In this document: positions 13,524-26,154 of the stretch, piece after piece
How positions within the stretch are numbered: the first letter of the stretch is position 1
How the letters are laid out: each line of letters opens with the position of its first letter
Assembly: GCA_964016885.1 (NCBI GenBank)
Contig: OZ024743.1
Location: 207,700,001-207,764,000 of the forward strand
Reading direction: 5' to 3'
DNA length: 64,000 bases
Origin: Eledone cirrhosa
Lineage: Eukaryota
Program-made: the position numbers and the translations under genes
The notes under the pieces: generated by a model
Told to the model about the DNA's origin: nothing
Database searches by the model: none
The model's input: the letters and a program-made list of their open reading frames with translations, nothing else

Positions 13524-13984
13524 TTTCTAACCTTATTTTATTATTTATATTTTTTCAATAAGAAATAAAAACAAAACAAAAAAAATTGAAGAAAAAAATT
13601 GAACAAATCAAACGTAGGTTATGGAACTGCGCAATCTGATTAATAAATTACCTCATCAGCAGCAACCTTCTTCAAATGGTCCTTATTATCAGCAGCAACA
13701 ACCATAAATTCAATGGCAACCTTCTTCAAACCACAAATTCAATGGCGACCTTCTTCAAATGGTCCTTGGCATGGTGTCAAGTCAGAACCGCCTCGAACTG
13801 GTTACTTCTGGCTTGTGCAAGGTGTCTCTATAGCAACCAGCGATTCCCTCGGCCTCAGTGACCAAAGTCAGTGGAGAGGGGAAGGTAATGTTTCTATAGC
13901 GACAGTGTTTCTCTTGGTAGTACCAAAGTGGAGAAAGGAAGGGGAAGGTAATATTTCTGTAGCACCTACATTTGAGTTTTAGGG

Positions 13985-14027
13985 AAGGACAGACAGACAG
14001 ACAAACAGAGAAATGCCCATATATTTC

Positions 14028-14058
<31 letters not shown>

Positions 14059-14208
14059 TACACACACAGAAATGTATATATATTTCTGTGTGTGTGTATA
14101 TATATATATTACACACACAGAAATGTATATATATTTCTGTGTGTATATATATATATATATATTACACACACAGAAATGTATATATATTTCTGTGTGTATA
14201 TATATATA

Positions 14209-14243
<35 letters not shown>

Positions 14244-14575
14244 TACACACACACAGAAATGTATATATGTTTCTGTAGCACTCCTCAATTCCCCCTCTCT
14301 CCCCCCCGCTATCCCCCTCTTGTAGTCTGTCTCTTTCTTTCACTCTCACTCTCTCTCTACGCGTGTGAAAAAAACATTCGCACGCGCGCACGTGTTTTAG
14401 CGTCTATTCACTCTCCCTCTCTCCCTCCCGCTATCCCCCTCTCATAGTCTGTCTCTTTCTTTCACTATCACTATGTCTCTACGCGTGCGCAAAAAACATT
14501 CGCACGCGCGCACGTGTTTCCACTGTCGGACAGACAGACAGACAGAGATATTGCTGGTTATATATTATACGGAGA
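13985..14575 (-). mobile_element. Helitron-like 5' fragments with a ~45-bp palindromic minisatellite and a ~116-bp duplication
   Basis: cagacagacaaacagagaaatgccca shared with 13480-13505; ends in GA|T; 3' end not seen. Confidence 0.45.
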
Positions 14576-14776
14576 TGACATGTGGAACTTCTTTCCAATA
14601 TTCTGCATGATTTCAACATCTTCTAACATTAATATTTTTATATTCATGTTTCTGGGATGAAAGTTGTCTTTAATATTGATACTTCAGAAGTTTTGCTTGA
14701 ATACTTTAATTGAAATTACAGGAACAAAACTAGAATATACAGTAGGATTTTAGAGTATAATATCTCCCCCCCCTCT

Positions 14777-14902
<126 letters not shown>

Positions 14903-14934
14903 ATATGTGTGTGTGTATATATATATATGTATAT

Positions 14935-15698
14935 ATAAGAGGGATCAGATGTTGTTTACTCGAGAGAAGGCTACGTTGGTACGGTCACGTGATGCGCATG
15001 AAAGACGATAGCTGTATAACAAAGGGCAGGGCAATAAAGATAGACGGTAGCCACGGAATAGGCAGACCCAGAAAAACCTGGGACGAGCTGATAAATTCCG
15101 ACCTCACACGCTTACACCTCTCCAAGACAATGTCACTGGACCGAGACCTTTGGCGGTACTCAGTAATAGAGAAGACCCGCCTTACCTAAATACAAAGTAA
15201 AAACCTACTACAGTCAGTAGGCACCTCTATCAAAACACACCCCCGTCCCACCACCTCCACCCCACCCACACCGCCCCTTTCAATGTAAAGTTATGTTGGT
15301 CCCACAACATCCAGGCCGAAACAAATGAGATTGTGTAGGTGTCACGACAAAAAACACACAGTCCACGCTGTAAATGTGGCCGTGTAAGCAACACGGTAAA
15401 AACCTCCCAGCCCCACACTGTAAATGTGGTTGGTGTTAGGAAGGGCATCCAGCTGTAGAAAACCCGCCAGACAGTCCACGCTGTAATGTGGCCGTGTAGG
15501 CAACACGGTAAAAACCTCCCAGCCCCACACTGTAAATGTGGTTGGTGTTAGGAAGGGCATCCAACTGTAGAAAACCCGCCAGACAGTCCTATGCGAGCAA
15601 GACAACCACTCTTGCCTCAAGTGGGAAAACCCCCGTCCAAACCCATGCAAGCGTGGAACACGGACGCTAAACCTGATGATGATGATGATGATGATGAT
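14935..15698 (+). mobile_element. 5'-truncated RTE LINE, family R1, (GAT)n tail
   Basis: [20 protein letters not shown]-terminus; 3' UTR with 112-bp duplication. Confidence 0.9.
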
Positions 15699-15705
15699 AT
15701 AAGTG

Positions 15706-15742
<37 letters not shown>

Positions 15743-16007
15743 ATATATAAATGTGTATATATATATATATGTATATATATGTGTATATATATATGTATTT
15801 ATATATATATATGTGTGTATATATATATATATATGTATGTGTATATTTATATATATGTGTATATTTATATATATGTGTATATATATATATATATGTGTAT
15901 ATATGTATATATATGTATGTATATATGTATGTATATATATATGTATGTATATATATATGTATGTATATATGTATGTATATATATATGTATGTATATATAT
16001 ATGTATG

Positions 16008-16038
<31 letters not shown>

Positions 16039-16091
16039 ATATATATATATATATGTATATATATGTATGTATATATATATATGTATATATA

Positions 16092-16617
16092 TGAAATATA
16101 TGAAATATAAGGATCAAAGAACTGTTCAAAGCATTATTGTGCTTACAGCTGTTTCCTCCAAACCGAGGTTTGGATTCTTCGGAGCAATTTATTAATGCAT
16201 GGACAGTTATAAGACCTCCTTTTCAGCCAAGAGACATACCGATACATATGCAAATATTGTGGGTCAACATTCATTACAGAATTTACAGAATTTAGAGTGG
16301 CACTACACACTTCGAAATTACATTCATATTAAGAGGTACAATCAAAAATCAAAAATATAGGTTAAAATACAACATGAAGATAAGCGGTTATATAGTGCAA
16401 ATGTTATATGTGTGGCACGCATGTGCGTCTTGTTTATATAGTGTGGCAGAGAGATATGTGTGGTAGAGGCACTTAGGTAGGTAAATAAGAATGTTAGGTT
16501 GGTAGATCTGGTGGCAAATTATTTATATGATTGATATAGTCTGTGTGTGGAGAAATGTTATAAGCATATATTTCATGTATATATATATATTTGAAATGTT
16601 ATAAGCATATATTTCAT
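16092..16617 (-). mobile_element. Penelope-like pseudo-LTR fragment carrying a hammerhead
   Basis: HHR fold at 16140-16186 followed by an AT-rich tail; embedded in a TA array; 41-bp terminal duplication at right. Confidence 0.55.
16140..16186 (-). ncRNA. Minimal type I hammerhead ribozyme (U4C variant)
   Basis: Minus strand: TGCT CCGAAGA a TCCAAACC tc GGTTTGGA g GAAA CAGCTG TA AGCA; palindromic stem III ACAGCTGT. Confidence 0.65.
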
Positions 16618-16621
16618 GTAT

Positions 16622-16739
<118 letters not shown>

Positions 16740-16890
16740 GTATATGTATGTATGTATATATATATGTATGTATGTATATATATATGTATGTATGTATATA
16801 TGTATGTATGTATGTATATATATATGTATGTATGTATATATATATGTATGTATGTATATATTTATATATATGTATATATATATATGTATG

Positions 16891-16921
<31 letters not shown>

Positions 16922-16929
16922 GTATGTAT

Positions 16930-16960
<31 letters not shown>

Positions 16961-16961
16961 T

Positions 16962-16992
<31 letters not shown>

Positions 16993-17020
16993 TGTATATA
17001 TATATATGTATGTATGTATG

Positions 17021-17054
<34 letters not shown>

Positions 17055-17272
17055 TGTATGTATATATATGTATATATATATATATGTATGTATATATATT
17101 TATGTATATATGTATATATGTATGTATATATATATGTATGTATATATATATATATGCATATATATGTATGTATATATATATATATATGCATATATATGTA
17201 TGTATATATATGTATATATATATATATGCATATATATGTATGTATATACATATATATATGTATATATATGTG

Positions 17273-17309
<37 letters not shown>

Positions 17310-17337
17310 GTGTATATATATATGTGTATATATATAC

Positions 17338-17744
17338 AGGGAGAGATGACCCCTTAGCCTTTGTCAAGGCAGAATTCTAGGAGAAGGAAAACTCTGATAT
17401 AACACCTGCAACCCTGATGGTATCCAATGATGTTGACTTGTTCTTCTTTTTGGTAAATATCATCTTGGTTAAGAGAGTGGGACTGGCTTTGTGCAGTGCC
17501 TTTGCTCACTATAAAAGCTTCACGGCACAGGCATTGCTTTGTATCTGGAGATCTCTCTGCACTTGTCCTCACATGGTACCATGGGCCCAGCACTGTGTCA
17601 ATAATTGTCACAAGTGTAGTGTTTGTACCAGAGTTTTCAAGTCGCTGGCTGGACTAAAAAGTCACACTCGTTCAGCGCTTCGGTAGGGGTTCTCCTACAT
17701 GGATATAAAGTAGTGGCCGTACTCGAAAGCGAGTTGGCAGCCAC
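17338..17744 (+). mobile_element. Bipartite non-autonomous RTE derivative, 5'-truncated
   Basis: Near-identical to 40668-41068; carries the [17 protein letters not shown] zinc-finger remnant. Confidence 0.75.
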
Positions 17745-17877
17745 TATATATATATATATATATATGTATGTATATATATGTGTGTATATATATGTATATA
17801 TGTATGTATATATATGTGTGTATATATATATGTATGTATATATATGTGTGTATATATATGTGTATATATATATGTGT

Positions 17878-17931
<54 letters not shown>

Positions 17932-18770
17932 GTATGTGTATATATGTATGTGTATATATGTATGTATATATATGTATATATATATATGCATATATATGTA
18001 TGTATATATATGTGTATATATATATATGCATATATATGTATGTATATATATGTATATATATATATATGCATATATATGTATGTATATACATATATATATA
18101 TATGTATATATATGTGTATATATGTATATATATATGTGTATATATATGTATGTATATATATGTGTATATATATGTGTATATATATATATGTATATATATG
18201 TATATATCTGTATATATATGTATATATATGTATATATATGTATGTATATGTATGTATATGTATATATATGTATATATATGTATATATATGTATATATATG
18301 TATGTATATGTATGTATATGTATATATATGTATATATATGTATATGTATATATATGTATATATATGTATATATATGTATATATATGTATATGTATATATA
18401 TGTATATGTATATATATGTATATATATGTATGTATATATATGTATATGTATATATATGTATGTATATATATGTATATATATGTATATATATGTATATGTA
18501 TATATATGTATATGTATATATATGTATATATATGTATGTATATATATGTATATGTATATATATGTATGTATATATATGTATATGTATATATATGTATATG
18601 TATGTATGTATATGTATATATATGTATATGTATGTATATGTATGTATATGTATATATATGTATATATAAGTATATGTATATATATGTATATATATATGTG
18701 TATATATATGTATATATATATGTATATATATATGTATATATATATGTATATATATATGTATATATATATA

Positions 18771-19779
18771 CAATGGGTACACAAGAGATGTAGCGGGATC
18801 TCAGGAAGCTTAATTAAGAATGTAGGATTCACATGCAGCAGCTGTGCTGAAACAGCAAGCAAACAGCCACAGGAAACAAGTACCACCAATCTCTGGGAGG
18901 GCCCTGTAGAAACAGTAGACAGCTTCTGCTACCTAGGTGACCGAATTAGCAACGGAGGTGGGTGCTCAGAAAGTACAATAACTAGGGTAAGAACGGGATG
19001 GAAGAAGTTTAGGGAACTACTACCACTGCTAGCTGCAAAAGGCTTCTCCCTCAGAATGAAAGGCAGACTGTATGATGCGTGTATCCGAACAGCGATGTTG
19101 CATGGTAGTGAGACCTGGGCGCTGAAGGTGGAAGACTTACGTAGATTAGAGAGAAACGAAGCCTGCATGCTCCGATGGATGTGTAACAGTAATATACGTG
19201 AACGACAAAGCATAAATGAATTGAGAGAGAGACTGAGCATAAGAGGAATCAAATGCTGCGTGCAGGAGAGGCGGTTACGCTGGTATGGACATGTGATGCG
19301 TATGAAGGATGACAGCTGCATAAAAAGGTGCAGAGCACTAGAAGTTGATGGAAACCGCGGAGTGGGGAGACCCAAGATGACTTGGGATGAGGTGATAAAA
19401 GCCGACCTTACCCAACTACACCTCTCAAAGTCAATGACACACGACCGTGACTTCTGGCGTCACGCAGTAATACAGGGTACCCGACCTCCCATGGGTACAT
19501 GCTGAAGCATATAAACAATATGCCCCCCCCCCCACCGCAAGGTGGTCGTGGAGGTGCCACGGCAAAAAAGCACCCAGCCCACACTGTAAAGTGGACGTGT
19601 AGGCGCCACGAAAAAGCACCCAGCACTCACTGTAAATGAGGTTGGTGTTAGGAAGGGCATCCAGCTGTAGAAAGCAAGGCATGGTCAGCCGACCAGACAC
19701 TGCCCACAACAGGACAACCCGTCTAACCCATGCTAGCGTGGAAGAACGGACGTAAAACGGTGATGATGATGATGATGAT
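18771..19779 (+). mobile_element. 5'-truncated RTE LINE, family R2, (GAT)n tail
   Basis: Open RT C-terminus ([21 protein letters not shown]) to stop at 19505. Confidence 0.92.
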
Positions 19780-20348
19780 ATGTATATATATATGTATATA
19801 TAATTGTGTATATATAATTATATGTATATATATATGTATATATATATGTATATATATATGTATATATATATATATATGTATATGTATATATATATGTATA
19901 TGTATATATATATGTATATATATGTATATGTATATATATGTATATATATATGTATATGTATATATATATGTATATATATGTATATATATATGTATGTATA
20001 TGTATATATATATGTATATATATGTATATATATATGTATATATATGTATATATATATGTATATATATGTATATATATATGTATATATATGTATATGTATA
20101 TATATGTATATATATATGTATATATATGTATATATATATGTATATATATGTATATATATATGTATATATATGTATATGTATATGTATATATATGTATATA
20201 TATGTATATGTATATATATGTATATATATATATGTATGTATATGTATGTATATATATATGTATGTATATATATATGTATGTGTATGTATGTGTATGTATA
20301 TGTATGTATATGTATGTATATGTATATATATGTATATGTATGTATATG

Positions 20349-20409
<61 letters not shown>

Positions 20410-20443
20410 GTATGTGTATATATATCTATGTATATATATCTAT

Positions 20444-21326
20444 CTAAGGCGGGTAAAACTCCCGAGATCCATGGACGAGTTCTCTCCAGCGGTCTCTGTC
20501 CCTCATTATCGCTGCCATGTCCTGCGTCTCCAACAGACCAGTGTCTGTCCTTAGGGCATCAACATACGTTAACCTTGGTCTTCCTCTTCTAGTGTGTCCA
20601 TGTAGGGGCTCCCAAAGGAGCACTGAGTGCAATGTCAACTCTGCATGTCGGTGAGCATGTCCAGCTAACCTCAGTCTCCTCTGTGTCAATTTTGAGCTGA
20701 ATTTTGGGATGCTCCCATACAGCTCTGAGTTTTTCATCCTCAGTGTATACTGATTAATGTTCAGAGCCATCCTCAGCATTCTCGTGTAGCACCCATCCAC
20801 CATCTGAGTGCGTTTCTTGGTCAGTGTCCAAGTCTCAGACCCATACAGCAGCACAGACTCCACTACAGCAATGAAGAGGCGGATTTTCAGGTCTCTACGA
20901 ATGTCCGACTTCCACACCGATCTCAAGCTGTGACACGCCGCCCAGGCCTTGCTCTTCCTCTCAACCACATCATCTTCCATATTCCCAATCTTTGCTCCCA
21001 AATACAGGAAGTTCTCAACCAATTCCAGCGGCTTCCCGCCTACATTAGTGATCCCCTCTGGCTTCTCAACATTCTCTACCAGATATTTTGTTTTAGTCTC
21101 ATTCATTCTCAGCCCCACACTCATCGACACAGTCTCAACCTCCCGCATCAAATCCTCTGCCTCCTTCACTGTATTTGTCACCAAAACTATGTCGTCGGTA
21201 AATTCAGCATCTGATACCTTTTTCGCCCCAACTCTCCTGCTCTGAGCCGGTACTACAGTAAAGCCAGAGTCCTGGTGTTTCTCCAGTGCAAAGCGCATAC
21301 AATAGTCCACTACGATGATAAAAAGG
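20444..21326 (-). mobile_element. 5'-truncated RTE-clade LINE, family R3
   Basis: [34 protein letters not shown] motifs in one open frame. Confidence 0.88.
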
Positions 21327-21458
21327 TATATATATATGTATATATATATGTATATATATATGTATATATATATGTATATATATATGTATATATATATGTA
21401 TGTATATATATATGTATATATATATGTATGTATATATATATGTATATATATATGTATG

Positions 21459-21498
<40 letters not shown>

Positions 21499-21744
21499 TA
21501 TATATATATGTATGTATATATGTATATATATATATATGTTTATATATATGTATGTATATATATATGTATGTATATATATATGTATATATGTATGTATATA
21601 TATATGTATGTATATATATATGTATGTATATATATATGTATGTATATATATATGTATGTATATATATATTAACATATATATATGTATGTATATATATATT
21701 AACATATATATATGTATGTATATATATATGTATGTATATATATA

Positions 21745-24059
21745 TTAACAAACAAACAAATTAACAACACACCAAAACAATTAAAACCATCCACTCTCGC
21801 CTCTACATTTTTGCTTAACGCCCAAGGCATCAGCCCTTCCACCAATACTCAAAAATGGAAGATCAAATTCCTGGAGGACTGGATTGATGTCCATCCAAAC
21901 CACATCCCTATCTTCGTCCTCACTGAAACCCATCTCAGTAACCTCCACTTGGAAGCCGAGGTGAAAGTGAAAAATTTCAAAGCCATCCGTGCTGATCGCG
22001 CTGGCAGAAGAAAGGGCGGAACTGCCATTTATGTCCATAATTCTTTCTCAACAGAGGCTATGAACATATTCACTAATGGATACTGTGAAGCAGTCACTGT
22101 ATTCAGTCAAACCAACAACCTATTAGTAGTTGGGCTCTATAGGCCACCCCAAACGCCTGTACCATGCTTCAAGGAATGCCTCAACAGCATAAAGTGTTTC
22201 ATCCAAGAGTGTCACCCTGACAACATCTTAATGATGGGGGACTTCAACCTCCCCGGAGTTGACTGGTCCACAAACAGCCTGCCACCAGGTTCTTGTGCCT
22301 CAACCTCTGACAGGGAAGCTGTGGAATCGCTTCTTGACTTCATGGATGATTTCTTCCTATCCCAACTGGTGCTCGAACCAACGAGGTGCCACAAAAACGT
22401 CCTAGACTTAATTTTCAGCAATCACACTGACAATATCCACAATATTGCAGTGGAGAAAACTCTACTCTCTGATCATGACATGGTTCTCTGTGATCTGAGA
22501 TTCCACCGTCCAATATACAAACCCAATGTCATCTCTCCTGTCCATCCGTTTGACGCTATGGATTTCCACAATGCAAACTGGGAAGCGATCAGTCATGATC
22601 TTGCACATGTCGACTGGTCCTTCACGCACATTCGTACACCCACTAACATCAAAAAGTCCTGGCAGACATTTGTGGACACTGTTACAAACATATGTGCTAA
22701 ACACACCCCATTAAGAACTATAAACAAATCTAAGAGCAGAATCCCTAGAAATAGAAAAACGCTCATCAGAAAAATTAAGAGAACGAACAAAAAAATCAAC
22801 AAGCTGAAATACTGTCAGCAGCAACACATCAACTTGACTGCCATTTCATCACTAGAGATTAAAAAACATAACCTCCAAAACAACATAATGTCCCTCATCA
22901 ACAATCAGAGAAGAGCTGAAGAGGCCTGGGCCATTGAGAAGATCAAACTCAATCCCAAAGTGTTCTTTTCATTTGCAAGAAAACACAAAATCACTGGCTC
23001 TACTGTTGGCCCTCTAATTGATGAAAATGGCACTCTTCAAGACAATGCTAAAACCATGGGTGAGATACTGCAGAAACAATACTGCTCTGTTTTCAGCAAT
23101 CCTGATATGGCCGATCTGGGCTGTATCGGCGATGTTACTCCCCATTACACCTTATCGGACATAACGTTTGGCGCCCCTGATGTCTTGGCGGCAATAAAGG
23201 AAATCAAGCATAATTCAGCAGTAGGTCCCGATAGGTTCCCTGCTTGTGTCTTGAAGGCGTGTCAACACCAACTTGCATCTCCTCTTGCCAATCTGTGGCG
23301 GAACTCACTGGATGCTGGATATGTGCCAGAAAACCTTCTATCCCAGTCTGTTGTCCCAGTTTTCAAAAAGGGAAACAAATCCCTTGCCGTGAATTACCGT
23401 CCAATCTCACTCACCTCTCATATCATTAAGGTATTTGAGCGAGTGGTGAGATCGCGAATGACCCACTTCCTTGAGAGTAACAATATGCTGAACTCCAACC
23501 AGCATGGATTCCGTAATGGAAGGGATTGCCTGACGCAGCTACTGCATCACTTTGATGACATTTTGAGAGCCTTGGGAGAGGGTTCCAACACTGATGTTAT
23601 CTACCTTGATTTCAGCAAGGCCTTTGACAGGGTTGATCATAACATTCTACTGAGAAAGCTGTCCAATATTGGTGTCACTGGAAAGCTGCTGCAGTCGATC
23701 AAGAGCTTCCTGTCAAACAGAACCCAACATGTTGTAGTTGAGGGAGTCAAATCAAGCCCAGCCAAAGTGAGTAGTGGGGTCCCACAAGGCACTGTGTTGG
23801 GCCCACTTCTCTTCATCATCTATATTAATGACATCACTGACATCATCAAACACAGCAACATTAAAATTTTCGCTGATGATTCCAAGCTCCAAAAGGTCAT
23901 CAATGGCGTGGATGACCGGATAAGCCTTCAGTCAGACCTACTGGCTGTTACCCAATGGGCAGAAAAGAACAACATGTTACTGAACGAAGACAAATTCGAA
24001 CTGATATATATATACATATATATACACATACATACATATATATATATACATATATATAC

Positions 24060-24105
<46 letters not shown>

Positions 24106-24129
24106 ATACATATATATATATATATACAC

Positions 24130-24179
<50 letters not shown>

Positions 24180-24992
24180 ATACATATATATATATATATA
24201 TGTATATATATGTTACTGAACGAAGACAAATTCGAACTGATCCACTTTGGAAAAGAGGATGCTCTGAAACTCCCGTACTCCCTTCCCTCCGGGGAAACTC
24301 TCGTGGCATCTAACAACATCAGAGACTTGGGAGTAACCGTGGACAGGAACATAAGCTGGACCACGCATATAAGCAGCAAAGTTGACATGGCCCGCAGAAT
24401 GTGTTCCTGGATCCTCAGAACATTCCAGTCGAGAGATTCCCGCACCATTATCCTTCTCTTCTCTACTTTTGCCCGACCACACCTTGAATACTGTTGTCCA
24501 CTGTGGTCTCCCCACACGAAACAAAGTATCATGAAACTTGAAGCTCCTCAAAGGGCAATCACGAAAAAGATAGATGGCATGTCAGACCTTGACTACTGGG
24601 GTCGATTAGAAAACCTGAAACTTTACTCACTCCAACGTCGCCGTGAGCGTTATATTATCTGCATGATGTGGAAAATGTTCCATCATCACTGCCCAAATGA
24701 TGTTGGCATCGCCTTCAAGATACACCCAAGGCTTGGGCCCCGTGCTATCCGTCCCATTCAAAAATCTAAATCGCAACTCATAACAACAATACGGCACAAT
24801 TATTTCACCTCAATCGGCCCTGCTCTCTTCAACATCACACCAGGACACGTCAAAACAGAAACTGACCACACAAAATTCAAGAAGTCTTTGGACAAATTCC
24901 TCCAAGTAATCCCGGACAAACCACCCACACCCGGATATGTCTCCGCAAACAGTAATTCTCTTCTCGAATGGGCCATGGTGCCCAAATCCTGA
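21745..24992 (+). pseudogene. LINE ORF2 (EN-RT) interrupted by a single 236-bp insertion
   Basis: ORFs 21712-24219 and 23955-24992 join seamlessly at [11 protein letters not shown] if 24006-24241 is removed. Confidence 0.88.
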
Positions 24993-25080
24993 ATTGAAAG
25001 ACTTCGCCAGGTGGTGCTATTAAGTTAGACATGGCCTGGGCCAATACTGGCCAAAACATTTCAAAGTTATTCAAAGTTAT
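21745..25080 (+). mobile_element. CR1/L2-group LINE with near-complete ORF2 (APE endonuclease + RT)
   Basis: LTETHL, YRPP, GDFN, SDH; [22 protein letters not shown]; [10 protein letters not shown]; tail (ttcaaagtta)x2. Confidence 0.92.
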
Positions 25081-25174
25081 GTATGTATATATATATGTAT
25101 GTATGTATATATATATGTATGTATGTATATATATATATATATATGTATGTATATATATATATGTATAGATATAG

Positions 25175-25420
25175 ATAGGTAAATATACACGGGTGTGTAT
25201 GATTGTGTAGAGAAGATTATATTAATAAGAGGAATTCCAACTTTGTCTGATTTACTCGTTTTATTTACAATCCTTTAAAATATATATAATATGGTATTAT
25301 AATGAAATAGTATGATAGAATATTAAATTCTAAGTGTTAATTGAACAAGTACTTTCATGTTTTCGCAATCTTCAGGTTCATGATATGTGGTGACAGTCGA
25401 GTTTGCAATTTTCAACTGTA
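25175..25420 (-). mobile_element. Penelope-like pseudo-LTR fragment carrying a hammerhead
   Basis: HHR followed by an AT-rich tail with AATAAA on minus; lies within a TA array. Confidence 0.55.
25342..25380 (-). ncRNA. Minimal type I hammerhead ribozyme
   Basis: Minus strand: TGAAC CTGAAGA ttgcgaaaacat GAAA GTAC TT GTTCA; palindromic stem III AGTACT; weak stem II. Confidence 0.65.
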
Positions 25421-25472
25421 CATACATATATACATACATATATATATACATACATATATATATACATATATG

Positions 25473-25505
<33 letters not shown>

Positions 25506-26078
25506 GTATATATATACATATATGTATATATATGTATGTATATATATATATATATATGTATATATATACATATATGTATATATATGTATGTATATATATA
25601 TATGTATGTATATATATATGTATGTATATATATATGTATGTATATATATATGTATGTATATATATATGTATGTATATATATATATATGTATATATATATG
25701 TATGTATATATATATGTATGTATACATATATGTATGTATATATATATGTATGTATATATATATATGTATGTATATATATTTATGTATGTATATATGTATG
25801 TATATATATATGTATGTATATATGTATGTATATATATATGTATGTATATATATATGTATGTATATATATATGTATGTATATATATATATGTATGTATATA
25901 TATATATATATGTATGTATATATATATATATGTATGTATATATATATATGTATGTATATATATATATGTATGTATATATATATATGTATGTATATATATA
26001 TATATATGTATGTATATATATATATATATGTATGTATATATATATATATATGTATGTATATATATATATATATGTATG

Positions 26079-26126
<48 letters not shown>

Positions 26127-26154
26127 TATATATATGTATATATATATATGTATA

